A stretch of 48,041 nt of DNA from Methanotrichaceae archaeon. Its GTDB lineage: Archaea; Halobacteriota; Methanosarcinia; Methanotrichales; Methanotrichaceae. Made by a program: the position numbers and the translations under genes. Shown here one piece after another: positions 30,349 through 41,500 of the stretch (its first letter is position 1; the number at the start of each line of letters is the position of its first letter). The stretch lies in NCBI GenBank assembly GCA_963803145.1, contig CAWDLW010000038.1, positions 1 to 48,041 of the forward strand, in the 5' to 3' direction. The notes under the pieces are model-generated. The model ran no database searches and had not been told where the DNA came from. It worked only from the letters and a program-made list of their open reading frames with translations.

Positions 30349-30762
30349 TTAAATCTGGATGGATACAACCCGGATATCTTTTGCTTTGAATATCGGCTTA
30401 CTTGATCGTTCAGTTGTTATCAGCTCTTCAGCTCCTGCAGATATTGCAGCTGCCACATGAAGCGAATCCATGGCATTCAATCCAATTTCCGAAGCTTTTT
30501 GATTAGCCATTTCCACGATTGTACCGAGATTATTAGCCCATATAGATACAGAATCAAAGAATGCACTATAAAATTCAGCTTCATGCGTCCTTCTGCTAAA
30601 AATCGCTTTAGGAAGCACTTCAAGCCTGACAAAAGGGCTTGAGATAAATTCTCGGTTAGGATCGTCTAGGATTGATAGGGCCCTTCTGGATTGTTCACTG
30701 CCCCCACGAGCTGCAGCTATGAGAACTCCGGCATCTATAAAAGTCAGCATCTTATGCTTCAA
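30349..30762 (-). CDS. PIN-domain (VapC-like) toxin
   Basis: TFIDAGVLI, SPFVRLEVL, MDSLHVAAA, LITTE. Confidence 0.9.
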   Translation of the reverse strand: MKHKMLTFIDAGVLIAAARGGSEQSRRALSILDDPNREFISSPFVRLEVLPKAIFSRRTHEAEFYSAFFDSVSIWANNLGTIVEMANQKASEIGLNAMDSLHVAAAISAGAEELITTERSSKPIFKAKDIRVVSIQI

Positions 30763-30974
30763 TCAGCTTCGCCTCTTCGCTCCGCTACCTCCCGCTCGAT
30801 CTCTTCCCAATTCAGAAGCGGCTCTCCGGAGGCGATTATCTTTGCGCGGATGGACACCAGCTTGCGCCCCAGAGGAGTTTTAGGCTGGTATTCATCATCG
30901 TCCTGGTTGCGGGATCTATCGGCAGAACGCTTGAGGTCTATGCCTTCAACTCTGGACTTGGCTTTCATCATCAA
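30759..30974 (-). CDS. Putative antitoxin of the PIN toxin
   Basis: Small gene with 4-bp overlap; YQPKTPLGRKLVSIRAKIIASGEPLLNWEEIEREV. Confidence 0.75.
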   Translation of the reverse strand: MMMKAKSRVEGIDLKRSADRSRNQDDDEYQPKTPLGRKLVSIRAKIIASGEPLLNWEEIEREVAERRGEAD

Positions 30975-31166
30975 GCTTATGGAACTGCTTTGGTTAAAAA
31001 TATTGTCTAGGATGATATGAATAGGAAAATGATGAGAATGAAATAGGGTGATGCTAAATTGTTTTGATGCCTAAATATTATCCGCTGGTGGCAAAGCAGA
31101 GGATTTAACTCGGCCTCCGAGAAACCTTGGGGCTGATCAAGGAGTCGCAAATCGCCCTGTTAATTC

Positions 31167-31289
31167 GCGTTTGCGGCTGACTAACATAGTTCGAAGGCCC
31201 ACACTTTCTTCTGGGGCTAACAATAACTACACTCTAGCGCGCTCAGTCGCCGCGCGGGCTGCCCCTAGTCCCTCGCTGGGGGAAGGCTT
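31167..31289. repeat. Hairpin repeat family copy D
   Basis: Direct repeat of 23974-24097. Confidence 0.85.
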
Positions 31290-31409
31290 CTGGATACGTA
31301 GACAAGAAACCAAGATTTTGAAACCAAGCTAAATTGTTTTCTTATAAACTCTATCCCTTATGATAAATAATGGTTTATATAGGGTATCACTTATTGAAGA
31401 ATCACTAGT

Positions 31410-33206
31410 ATGAGTAGAAAAAGGATAAATGAAAAAAGCTATAATAACCGACATCATACAAAAAACAAAAACAGACTTCAGGACATCGGAAGCTGTGAAT
31501 GGCTAATGAAAGCCGACCTATTTCGACTTCGTGATTATAAATTTCCGTGGGAGAATAAAACTGAAACTCTTAACGCAAATCGAAACAATATTTTTGGGGG
31601 TTTCAGTATTAAAATGTTAGATTATAAACCGCCTCATGATATAGTAACAAGAGATGATTTGGAAAAATTAAATAGAAAAATTGAATTTCGAATAAAAAAT
31701 TATAGCCTTGATTCATTGCTGTTAATGATACATGACACTTACTTGTTGGATAGATCATTTCCTTTTGTAGCTGGCATGATGACGAAATATGCTATACTTA
31801 ATTGTGAAGTTGATATCGGATATACTATTTACGATGAAAAAGATCCCTCTATGTATAGAGAGGAATTCCTTGAACTAAAAAAATTGATTACAGGTTATTC
31901 TGCATATGATCCTGATCTAGAGCAAGAATCGGATTTAAGGAATAGTCGTGATAAAAAAGTCTCATTCATTTTTAGAAAAATTGGCAGCCAATCGAGATGG
32001 AGTATTCCTATTCATAACATGTTAGGTAGAACTATTTATCTATTTGGTGAACTTTCAAAGAGCGATAAAGCACCACTCTTTATAAAAGATCTTGTCAGTT
32101 ATTATTTTGAAGAAAAATTTAACATACCACTTCTTGATTTTATTAAAATAGGATTTGTTTTATTTGCTGGATCAATTAATCCAGGAGGATTGACGAGAAA
32201 TTATCTCGAGATTGCTCGTAACAGGAAAATGCCAATAGCATCGGACGCGATAATAAATAGATGTCTTGAACAGGTAGCATGTTATCCAGAACAATTTAGG
32301 GATTTATGCAGGGAAAGAGATGCAGGTGAGGAATTCCTTCGAGCATATAAATTCAATCCTCTTTTTCTATTTCCGATAATCAGGCCATGGAAGAATAGTC
32401 ATGTGGGCGAATTAAAGAATGATCGATTTATAGCGCCTATCCCAGAACTTATTATATATCGTTTTACAACAGGTTTATACTATCAACTTTTTAACGACTT
32501 TAAATTAAAATTTACCCAGGCATTTGGAAAGCTTTTTGAATTATATGTGGGAAAAATATTGGAATGGTATAAGCTGCCTGGAATTATTTTATCAGAGAGT
32601 GACATATCTTTGTTATTACCTAATTATTATGGAAAGAAACCTGATTGGATTATTTTATGCGCGGAAGGTGTTGTATTTATCGAATGTAAGGCCACAAAAT
32701 ATTCTCAAGATATTTATGAACATGGCATTAATGCTAGAATCGATAATATGGGATTTATCAGACATATTCATAATGCTATTGATCAGTTGAACGAGCTTGA
32801 ATCCCAAGTACCTTTATTAAAGGAAAAGTGTGGTTTTTCTTCATCTAATAGTGGTATTATAAAATTGATAGTCTCATTTGAGCCTCTTCCCGGATTGAAA
32901 GAAGGTCCTATCAGAGAGTGGGTTGAAGAAAAGAAAAAGAGGGAAGGCCTCAAAATGGATTGGATTGTAGTCTGGGTTGGAGAACTCGAGGAAGCCCAGC
33001 CGTACATAACAAAAGGTGCAAACTTCTGGAGTTTCTTGAAAGATTATTGGGAGAAGGATTTCAACTCAATTCTAATGGAAATGAAATCTAAAACCGGATC
33101 TAGTTATAAAGATGGCATACTCTATCAATATGAAAAAACGATGTTCAAAGAATTATTGAAGAATGCACCATCTTCAATTCGTAATCTGGCATTTTTGAAT
33201 TCCTAG
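31410..33206 (+). CDS. AT-rich hypothetical protein with C-terminal PD-(D/E)xK nuclease-like domain
   Basis: FGKLFELYV...KKPDWIILCAEGVVFIECK...AIDQL; true start may be MLDYKPP. Confidence 0.7.
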   Translation: MSRKRINEKSYNNRHHTKNKNRLQDIGSCEWLMKADLFRLRDYKFPWENKTETLNANRNNIFGGFSIKMLDYKPPHDIVTRDDLEKLNRKIEFRIKNYSLDSLLLMIHDTYLLDRSFPFVAGMMTKYAILNCEVDIGYTIYDEKDPSMYREEFLELKKLITGYSAYDPDLEQESDLRNSRDKKVSFIFRKIGSQSRWSIPIHNMLGRTIYLFGELSKSDKAPLFIKDLVSYYFEEKFNIPLLDFIKIGFVLFAGSINPGGLTRNYLEIARNRKMPIASDAIINRCLEQVACYPEQFRDLCRERDAGEEFLRAYKFNPLFLFPIIRPWKNSHVGELKNDRFIAPIPELIIYRFTTGLYYQLFNDFKLKFTQAFGKLFELYVGKILEWYKLPGIILSESDISLLLPNYYGKKPDWIILCAEGVVFIECKATKYSQDIYEHGINARIDNMGFIRHIHNAIDQLNELESQVPLLKEKCGFSSSNSGIIKLIVSFEPLPGLKEGPIREWVEEKKKREGLKMDWIVVWVGELEEAQPYITKGANFWSFLKDYWEKDFNSILMEMKSKTGSSYKDGILYQYEKTMFKELLKNAPSSIRNLAFLNS

Positions 33207-34660
33207 GTTACACCTTTACATATTTCCCTATTATTCTCAAGATCTTCTCTAAATAGGTCTTTTTTGCTGCGCAGCTTAAGCGCTAGAGCAATTTTCCTTT
33301 TGGTATAGAATGGAAAAAGCCTTAGAGTCTCTCTAATAAACCACTTTGGATAAAGCCTCTTCACTTTGTTATATCTGAACCACTCATAATCGTAGTAGCG
33401 GGCGTTCATCTCCCAGGTGATATACTGCACATCCTCTGCGCTCAGATGCTTCGTCCTCAAATTTGCATGCAGCCCATCATACTTTGTAAAATCATTATTA
33501 GTGACCAGCCCCATCTCCTCAAGCTCCGCCCTCATTTGCGTCTTGGGATATGGCGTTGAGATGTAAAATATTGGAATGTCCACCTTCAGCCTGCGGGCAA
33601 GTCGGAAATTCTCCCAGATATCCTCGGCATCATCATCCGGGTTTCCGCCGATGAGACCCGTGGAGACTATGATATCATTATCATGCAAATATTGCACTGC
33701 GCGTTCGGCATCATCGGACATCTTGCCCTTCCCCAGGAACTGCAGGTTCCTTTTGTTCACGCTCTCCACGCCCAAAAAGACCCCATCGAACCCGGCCTCG
33801 CCCATCTTATCGACGAGCCGTTTGCTTGATGCTATGCCTGATGCAGATGCCTGTGTCTTGTACCGCAGGTGTGTGAGTCCGGCATCGATTATAGCCTGGC
33901 AGAGCTGCTCCAGCCTCTTCACATCCAGCGTGATATTATCGTCCGGGAAGAAGATCGAGCCTGCGCCATGGGCCTCAGCATCTCTGATATCTTCTATGAC
34001 CCGCTCGATTGGAAACTTGCGGAACTTACGTCCGTACATAATATTGATGGAGCAGAACTTGCAGCCCTGTGTGCACCCACGGCTGGTCTCGACGGAGTCT
34101 ATGGGAATGCCGAGGCTGTTGAATCCTTTTGTGATCAGGCGAGCATCTCGGTTGGGCATCTTGATCTCGCTCACATCCAGCAGCGGGCGCGCGGGATTGT
34201 GGACAATTTTGTCCCCATCATGGTAAGAGAGACCCAGCACGTCTCCGAGATCGCTCCCAGCCAGCTTTGCCTGCACCAGCTCTCTGAAGGTGGCCTCGCC
34301 CTCGCCCCTTACTATGTAATCGATAATCTTGGAATCCGGTGATTCGGCGATCTCCTGATAAGCCAGAGTTGGATGATAGCCGCCAAAGACAGTCTCTGCG
34401 CCTGATTCTTTTGCGATCTTCGCCAGCTCTAACGATTCTTGATATTGGAAGCTCATGGCCGTCAGGCCGACGAGATCATAGCCGTTGACAATTCTTCGAA
34501 CGAAATCCCTGTGGTTCTTCATCCCGTGGATATCGGCCACATGAACTATGCAGAGATCGTCCACATGCGCAGACAGCGATGCTAATCCAAGATTGGGAAG
34601 CCTTGCAATGCGATCGAAGTCCGGCTGGACGATGGGTGATGATAGTAGTAGTATCTTCAT
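33203..34660 (-). CDS. Cobalamin-binding (class B) radical SAM protein
   Basis: PNLGLASL, VFGGYHPT, VRGEGE, TSRGCTQGCKFC. Confidence 0.92.
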   Translation of the reverse strand: MKILLLSSPIVQPDFDRIARLPNLGLASLSAHVDDLCIVHVADIHGMKNHRDFVRRIVNGYDLVGLTAMSFQYQESLELAKIAKESGAETVFGGYHPTLAYQEIAESPDSKIIDYIVRGEGEATFRELVQAKLAGSDLGDVLGLSYHDGDKIVHNPARPLLDVSEIKMPNRDARLITKGFNSLGIPIDSVETSRGCTQGCKFCSINIMYGRKFRKFPIERVIEDIRDAEAHGAGSIFFPDDNITLDVKRLEQLCQAIIDAGLTHLRYKTQASASGIASSKRLVDKMGEAGFDGVFLGVESVNKRNLQFLGKGKMSDDAERAVQYLHDNDIIVSTGLIGGNPDDDAEDIWENFRLARRLKVDIPIFYISTPYPKTQMRAELEEMGLVTNNDFTKYDGLHANLRTKHLSAEDVQYITWEMNARYYDYEWFRYNKVKRLYPKWFIRETLRLFPFYTKRKIALALKLRSKKDLFREDLENNREICKGVT

Positions 34661-34684
34661 AGTAATATTTTCATGCTCGAATCT

Positions 34685-36028
34685 TCAGCTCGTTTTGAAC
34701 AGCCTCGGACCCTGGCTCCAATCGAACTTGTTCGCCCTGGAGATGTAAGCAGCGACTTCCTTCATTCCCGCCAGACCGCCATAGCGGTAGGCGTTTGCCC
34801 ATACGCGCCCCGATGTGAGTATCGGCGTGCTCCAGGAGTAGGTCCTCTTGAATGACCAGTCGAGGATCTTCGGAAACTCCTCTGGGGCAATGCGCGGATG
34901 GTTCCAGACCATATGCTTCCCATCGTGGTTGTGGTAATCGTTATCCCATATTCCGTACTTCTCCTCGATCTCAGTCCATAGTGGCGTCTGAGGCAGAGGC
35001 GTGATCACGCAGATCTGAGTGATGTCCAGCTTCAGATCTGCCAGCTTTTGGATGTCCACCTTCAGGCTCTCTATTGTATCGTCCTCAAAGCCGATCATAT
35101 AGTATCCGACTGTTCCGAAACCGTGCTTCTGCAGCATATGCACAGTCTCGAGGATGTCCTCGGTGCCCTCCTTCTTTTTGATTTCATCGAGGCGCTCCTG
35201 GTGCAGGTTCTCGATACCGATGGCCGCGCCCCCAAAGCCGGCTACCTTTCGGCCGTTCTTCCGCCTCATCTCGGCCCAATCGTCTATCTTCTTTCTCAGA
35301 TAATCCGCTCGGGCCATGCATCCCCAAACCATCTCGTACTTATCCAAAAGGTCGACAACCTGGTCTGCATGGCGTCGGTTGCAGCCAAAGTTCTCATCCT
35401 CGATCAGAACTACGTTTATGCCCTGTTCTTTGTAGTAAGCAAGAACCCGATCAATGCTCTTCAGCGAAATTATGTTGGGCTTGCTACAAAAGACGGGAGT
35501 CTGGCAGAACTTGCAGCCCACGGGACAGCCGCGTGTGGTGAAGAGCACACCGTAAATATTCAGCTTGATCCCGAATGGAGTGTTCAGGTACTCGATAAGC
35601 GGAGGGTGAATTATGTCCTTGATCTGCCTGCCGAAATAAGGAGCTAGCTGGTGCTCCGAGTAGCCCACGAAGATCCTATCAAACTTGTCTTGGATCGCAG
35701 TAGTCAGCGCGCCGTAGTTTCCGGCCCATATCTCCCCTGCGCCCGCAGCGCGTGCGGCCTCAACCATCTCCAGAGCCTCATGGGTCTCGCTTAAGTAGAA
35801 TGAGAGCCCTACCACATCCCAGCCCTCTTCCAGCTTCTTCTTGTACTCTTCCCACGTAGGAAACTCCATGATCTCCAGCTCGGGAATGTTCTGCTTTAAA
35901 AAGCGGAGTCCAAAGGACTGAATCCTGGGCCAGTAGAAGCGGAACCATGATCTGGTGTTGGCTCCAATATAATCATAGGGCTCAGAACTTTTCCTATAGA
36001 TTGTAGTGAACAGAACCCTGGGGGGCAT
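34685..36028 (-). CDS. Radical SAM protein (class B-like, atypical N-terminal domain)
   Basis: TTRGCPVGCKFC, EDENF, TPLPQTPLW. Confidence 0.9.
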   Translation of the reverse strand: MPPRVLFTTIYRKSSEPYDYIGANTRSWFRFYWPRIQSFGLRFLKQNIPELEIMEFPTWEEYKKKLEEGWDVVGLSFYLSETHEALEMVEAARAAGAGEIWAGNYGALTTAIQDKFDRIFVGYSEHQLAPYFGRQIKDIIHPPLIEYLNTPFGIKLNIYGVLFTTRGCPVGCKFCQTPVFCSKPNIISLKSIDRVLAYYKEQGINVVLIEDENFGCNRRHADQVVDLLDKYEMVWGCMARADYLRKKIDDWAEMRRKNGRKVAGFGGAAIGIENLHQERLDEIKKKEGTEDILETVHMLQKHGFGTVGYYMIGFEDDTIESLKVDIQKLADLKLDITQICVITPLPQTPLWTEIEEKYGIWDNDYHNHDGKHMVWNHPRIAPEEFPKILDWSFKRTYSWSTPILTSGRVWANAYRYGGLAGMKEVAAYISRANKFDWSQGPRLFKTS

Positions 36029-36310
36029 ATGATAGCTCTGTCCCGGCCCATATAAGATTAAGCTTACGATTCCTCGGCTAAAGCGAGATCATAATCCCTT
36101 TTGAAATAGAAGTGCAATTATACATAACCGTCTGACTGCGGATATTTGCTTTGCTTCTCTGCTTTATCCTTTTCGAGCTTATCCATCTCCCTTTGAACAA
36201 CATTGAAGACATCTGAATGGCATTAGTTGTAATTGTATAAATATTTATAGCGTTATTAATCATCAATTCAAATATAGACTTAACACAGGATTTCTGATAT
36301 TTCATATGTC

Positions 36311-36814
36311 TCATATATCCTTCCCGATATTGGACATTTCTGCATCAGCATTCTCTGTACTTACCCTTGCCAATAAGTTTTGGAATGCTTCAGTTGCGAG
36401 ATCACTTACATCTATTCCAAGCTCTCTAGCCACCAGCAGCATAACAGCATCTAGATCCACCAGCCGCTGCAGCGAGTCCTGCTTCTCGTTCGCCAGGGCT
36501 ATGATCTCCTTTCTGCTCATACCTGTCTTGGATGTTACAAGCCTGATGCCTCTATCAAGAATCCCTTCTTCTGAAGAAGGCTTGAACCCCATGGGTATAT
36601 CCACACTCTCAGCCTCGAACTTAGCGTGAACAATCTCGCCGTCGAGCTTCACCATTCCCTCGGAATCAGCCTCCCTGAGAAGAGCACGTACCTTCTCAGG
36701 CGGCCCCCATTTAAGGTCGAGGGACAGGGCAAAGATGAAATCGCTTATTTTGAGGCTCTTCTTGCCGCGCTTTTTAAAGGGCATGGCGATTAAATAGGCT
36801 TTCTCGCGATCCAA
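36311..36814 (-). CDS. DUF2240-family archaeal protein
   Basis: IAMPFKKRGK..FIFALSLDLKW..P, IPMGFKP, LLVARELGIDV. Confidence 0.8.
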   Translation of the reverse strand: MDREKAYLIAMPFKKRGKKSLKISDFIFALSLDLKWGPPEKVRALLREADSEGMVKLDGEIVHAKFEAESVDIPMGFKPSSEEGILDRGIRLVTSKTGMSRKEIIALANEKQDSLQRLVDLDAVMLLVARELGIDVSDLATEAFQNLLARVSTENADAEMSNIGKDI

Positions 36815-36969
36815 GGAACCACCTGTTTATAGATTAGAAGCTACAGCAACAGATATAAACCATCCCTGCATGGGTCTTGCTATATTGGAATTTATCGCCT
36901 AGTAAATAAGGTTTTATATATTGAAAAATAACTGTAGAAAAATCTGGCATAAGCAATGCGTGATGGAAG

Positions 36970-38556
36970 ATGAGGCCGATATACCTGATTGCCATCCTCT
37001 CACTCCTGATAGGAGCTGCGTATGGGCAGCTTTCACCGGATAAAGAGAGGTTCGATGTAAAGCTTCACCCGGGTGAAGTCATTGAGAAAACACTTACGCT
37101 GAAGAACGTTGGAGATACACCTATACTCAAGATTACCAATACACCAATCAGCGGTGATGCGAAGGATTTTGTATTCCTGAATATACCTGATGGCAAGGTT
37201 CTCGATCCCCAGGATAGTGAGAAGATCAGTATATTTTTTGCAGTTCCTCCTGAGGCCAAACCTGGACAGTATACCAGCTCCATCTATCTTCTCGATAGTG
37301 CACCGCCATCGATGCCCGTAGCGATAGAATTCTATGTGTATGTGACTCCACCCGAAAGCTACGATATAGACTTATCCATAAATGATGCCAGAGCAGCCTC
37401 TACTTTCGCTAAGGCTGGTGATACTGCAGACTTCGATCTTCTAGTCTCCAACTTGGGCAGGTTCAGGGATGTAGTATCAGTGGATATTCCTGCTCTTCCT
37501 GATGGCTGGAGCGCAAGCCTTCTAGACGGAGATGATGAGGTTCCTATTCCATTTGAAATTCCTCTAAACCCAGGCATAAGTCATCCATTGAAACTTAAAA
37601 TAGAGTCGGCCAACCCGGGAGAGAAAGGAAAAGTTACTGTTGAGGCTAAATCGCTGGGGAACAGCTCCAAGAACTCTACGGTCGAGGCATCCGCAGAGTT
37701 CGGCATAGCTGTAAGAGGTTACAACGTTAAGACTGATCTGCCTGAGAAGATGGTGCCCAATAGGACGTATGAAGGTGCCTTCAGCATAGCCATGCAGGTC
37801 AAAGAGAAGGTTACAGTGGGTGTCCTCACGCCCTCTGAGCTGCTGGTGATACCCGTAATTCAGGTTGAACCAGTTACCCCAGATAACCCAGGAGTAGCTA
37901 ACTTCACCATGCTCGCCCTAAAGCCCGGTGAGTATCCTGTAGTCTTCAAGCTTATTGATTCCAAGGGTGTCCATATGCCTGATGAGATTGCAGCCGTAAA
38001 TGTCGTCGAGCCAAACGGCACAGCCATATTGACTGGAGAGGATTTCCTCTACAAGACTATAGCATCTCTATGCCCCCCGGAGAATTCAAGTCTGCCAGTC
38101 ATAACAGCTCCATTAGGAAAGCTGGACGAGAACTCTAAGGAGAGCCTTTTCGCCTATTCAAAGGTCGTGATATTTGGCAACGAGTCAGTAGTCACGAATG
38201 ATGCCGAGGCGGAACTCAAAGGCACTGAACTAAAGAGAATACAGGGAAATAGCCTCTGCGACATGTCCTGGCAGCTAATCTCAGAGATATGGAAAAATGG
38301 AACATCTGAAGTGATACTATCAAGCCCTGAGGATACTCAGCTATTTAGAGCATATCGTGAGGCTAAGATGCTTAATGTGCCTTTGGCAATTTGCGAGACT
38401 AATATGACTATGACAAACACGACCAGATCAGTTATCGCGGATCTAACTAAGCGCAATACCAAGCTCACAAAGGTGCTGGTGGTAGGGAGTATTAGTGAAG
38501 ATAGCAGAAAGACACTGGCAAATATGGGAATCTCCGTTGAAGAGGTGAAACAGTGA
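36970..38556 (+). CDS. Secreted multi-Ig (NEW3-like) surface protein
   Basis: Signal peptide; LTLKNVGD, NLG..DV..LPDGWSA Ig-like units; C-terminal alpha/beta repeats. Confidence 0.8.
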   Translation: MRPIYLIAILSLLIGAAYGQLSPDKERFDVKLHPGEVIEKTLTLKNVGDTPILKITNTPISGDAKDFVFLNIPDGKVLDPQDSEKISIFFAVPPEAKPGQYTSSIYLLDSAPPSMPVAIEFYVYVTPPESYDIDLSINDARAASTFAKAGDTADFDLLVSNLGRFRDVVSVDIPALPDGWSASLLDGDDEVPIPFEIPLNPGISHPLKLKIESANPGEKGKVTVEAKSLGNSSKNSTVEASAEFGIAVRGYNVKTDLPEKMVPNRTYEGAFSIAMQVKEKVTVGVLTPSELLVIPVIQVEPVTPDNPGVANFTMLALKPGEYPVVFKLIDSKGVHMPDEIAAVNVVEPNGTAILTGEDFLYKTIASLCPPENSSLPVITAPLGKLDENSKESLFAYSKVVIFGNESVVTNDAEAELKGTELKRIQGNSLCDMSWQLISEIWKNGTSEVILSSPEDTQLFRAYREAKMLNVPLAICETNMTMTNTTRSVIADLTKRNTKLTKVLVVGSISEDSRKTLANMGISVEEVKQ

Positions 38557-41500
38557 GACTGCTCTTGGTTCTCTTAGCGATTATATTTCTTTCCAGCGCT
38601 ACAAATGCTCAGCTTGAGCGGGGCGTGAAGGGCAATGTAGAGGATGTAATCTTAGTGGGTGCAGATGACTGGCAAGCTTCAGTTGCGGCAACACCTCTGG
38701 CAATATGGTCCGAAGATAACCATACAGTTGCAAGAACTCTAATGATTCTCCCAAAGGACGTCCGATCTGGCGATCGCATGGGCTGGGTTGAGCAAAGCGA
38801 TCTGGACACCTACGGAGCTGCCTCGATTTTGCACGACTTTAAATCTGCCAATGTCACTGCCATCACCATTCACGGAAGCGGGGATGCTGTAAAGAGCCTT
38901 GTCGATGCGGCCCATAAGGAAGGGCTGAAGGCATATGTGACAGCATCGCTCGAGCTTCCCAAAAAATCCGATAGTAGCATAAAGCAATTAGGCACAGTAA
39001 ATCTGGGCAGCACAGAGACTGCATCGGTCGCCGAAAAGATGTTCCTGGGAGAGATTGGTCTCGATACACCGATCCTTGACAAATCCCAGATCGATCCCTC
39101 CTGGATTCAGGTTGCGAATACAGGCACTGATGGCAATGGCAACTACTTCTGTCCAGTGAACCCTGATGCTAGAGAGAGCCTGTATAATCAGATAGAAACG
39201 TTGGTAGAAGACTATAAGGTCGATGGAGTTGTGCTCTATAATATCGGCTTCCAGAACGATAATTACTGCTTCTGCGATTACTGTAAAGAGCAGTTCTATA
39301 AAGATACTGGAATAGACTTGACAAAGGTCTCAGCCAATAGCTACAACATGGAGAGATGGAGGCAGTGGAAGCAGGACCAGGTTATGGAGATTGTGAGCGA
39401 AGCCAGAAATATAACCACAGATCTTGGGCCTGTGAAGCTCGGCTTTGCCTTGGGCGATCCATTTGATCGAAGCCTTGGATATAACTATGCAGATATCTCA
39501 AAAGCTGCGGACTTTACACTGATCTCACCTGTATCCGCCTCAGATGTAAAGCTGGCATCGGGCATGACTGACAAGCCGATCTACATAAGGCTCAGCGATA
39601 GCTATGTACAGTACGTCCTCTCTGCCCAGAACGTAGAAGGTACAATCAATTACATCGAAGACCTCAATCGGGCAGGTGCAAGTGGATTTGCCTTCGAGCA
39701 CAATGTGGTCTACACACCCCTGTGGTCTGAGCTTGAACCGCCATCGAACTCAGCAAGATGGTTATTACAGCAGCTCGGCGGAAAAACTCTCGGCATAGGT
39801 AATATCTCGTGGAGATGCGATTCGACGATCAAGGCAAACAACAGCGCTGATCTCGCAGGAAAATTGAGTGTGCGTTGGATAAACTCATCAGGAGCTGTGA
39901 TCGTTGGCGACAATTATACAGCTGGTCTAAGTGCAGCATCGCTGGCGTCATATCTGGATTGGCCTGTGCTTTTCACCGGCAATACATTGCCAGCTGAGAC
40001 AGCTTCGGCACTGAAGCGTCTGAAGACAAATAAAGTTGTAATATTCGGCCCAATATCAGAGCAAAGTAGAAAGAATCTCAGCGACTTAAACCTCACCTTG
40101 ATAGAAGGGAATGATGGACTCATTCTCAAAGAGATGGAGGCGAGGGGAGATAAGCCAAATATGATTGTTCTAACAAACTCCCGCGATCTTTCCTTATTGC
40201 CGCCAGTGCCAACAGAGGATATCAAGCGCGATCTGGTAGGAGATCTACTTGTTCATATCGATATGAGTACGAACCAGGTGCCATCTGAGGAGCTTGGCGA
40301 AACAGTGCGGCTGAACATAACCCTTACCAACACCAATTCAACAGATATTGAGAATATCCGCTTCATGGATATTTTCCCCAGCGGCAAGATGCTCAGAGAG
40401 CCAAAGCCCAGCCAGGGAACGGTCAATGTTACAGATCCTTACACAGGCAACGATATCAATCCAGATAGCGCCTTTGAAAACGGCTCGCTGCTCAGGTGGC
40501 ACCTAGATAAGCTTGGTCCAGGCGAGTCCACCACATTGACGATAGAGGCCGAGATCCTCTACCCAATGGATTCAGGTTGGAAGCAGCGACTAGATAGCGG
40601 TGCAACAGTATCCTATGACGGCCTGGTGCTCAACAAAACTATGGTGAGGAAAGATGATTGGCCGATAACTAATATAACCTATCCTGCCAAAATGTTCTCA
40701 GGAGTGGCACATATATCCTGGAGCATCGATAGAGCTTCCAGCTATACCGCCATCAATATCTACAGCCCTGATAGCAGAAGCGGGCTCTTAAAGGTAAAAA
40801 ATACTTCGCAGGAAAATAGATATACTGCAAAGATACCGCTCTTAACTCCAGGCAAATGGATTTTCAATATCGAGGCAGGCGATGGCTATACTCATAGAAC
40901 TGAGAATTATACAATAAACGTTCAATCAAATGTTGATCCGTTGAACATCACCGCCTTTAGCCATACAAAAGTTCCTAGGCTCTCGCTTGTTGCCGCTCAG
41001 GTTGCAGCAGCTCATAAGGCCCTATTAGTGGATGTTGCGACGGCACCACAGGAGATTGATCCTTTAAATATTGAGGATTCCCTCAAAGAGAAAGTAGATG
41101 ATCTGCAGCTAACGCCCACGTACCTAACTGTCGTGGGCGACCCAGGATCCCTGCCCTTTATCGCTACCGGCCTCAAGCAGGATGAAGTCCCTCCCATGAT
41201 ATTCGATATCTACAGGGATTATCAGATTCAGCAGGATGATGACAACTATACGAGTACAGCAGTCGGCAGAATCATGGGTCTGAGTGTATACGATGCGTCT
41301 CAACTGGTAGCACGAACGCTTGCATATGACAAGCTCAGCGGAGCCTGGAAGAACAATGCACTGGTCATATCCTCTCCGCCGCTCTCATTCCCGCAAGCGC
41401 CAGTTGCGATTAGCATTGGGGATTACCTTAAGAACGCGGGAATGAATGTCAAAGACCTGCTCCACGAGGAGGCAACATATCAGCAGGCTGTTTCGCAAAT

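Noticed and set aside
23974-31289. Hairpin repeats as integron attC sites (GGCTAAC/GTTAGCC present)
   Set aside because: No paired R''/R' boxes at attC-like spacing, cargo is in mixed orientation, and no intI is present in the window.
33576-35647. Long antisense ORFs (216, 157 and 199 aa)
   Set aside because: Antisense shadows of the GC-rich radical SAM genes.
36078-36314. 78-aa ORF, and an alternative-frame peptide ending GYV
   Set aside because: AT-rich promoter-like DNA, no recognisable family, no convincing start.
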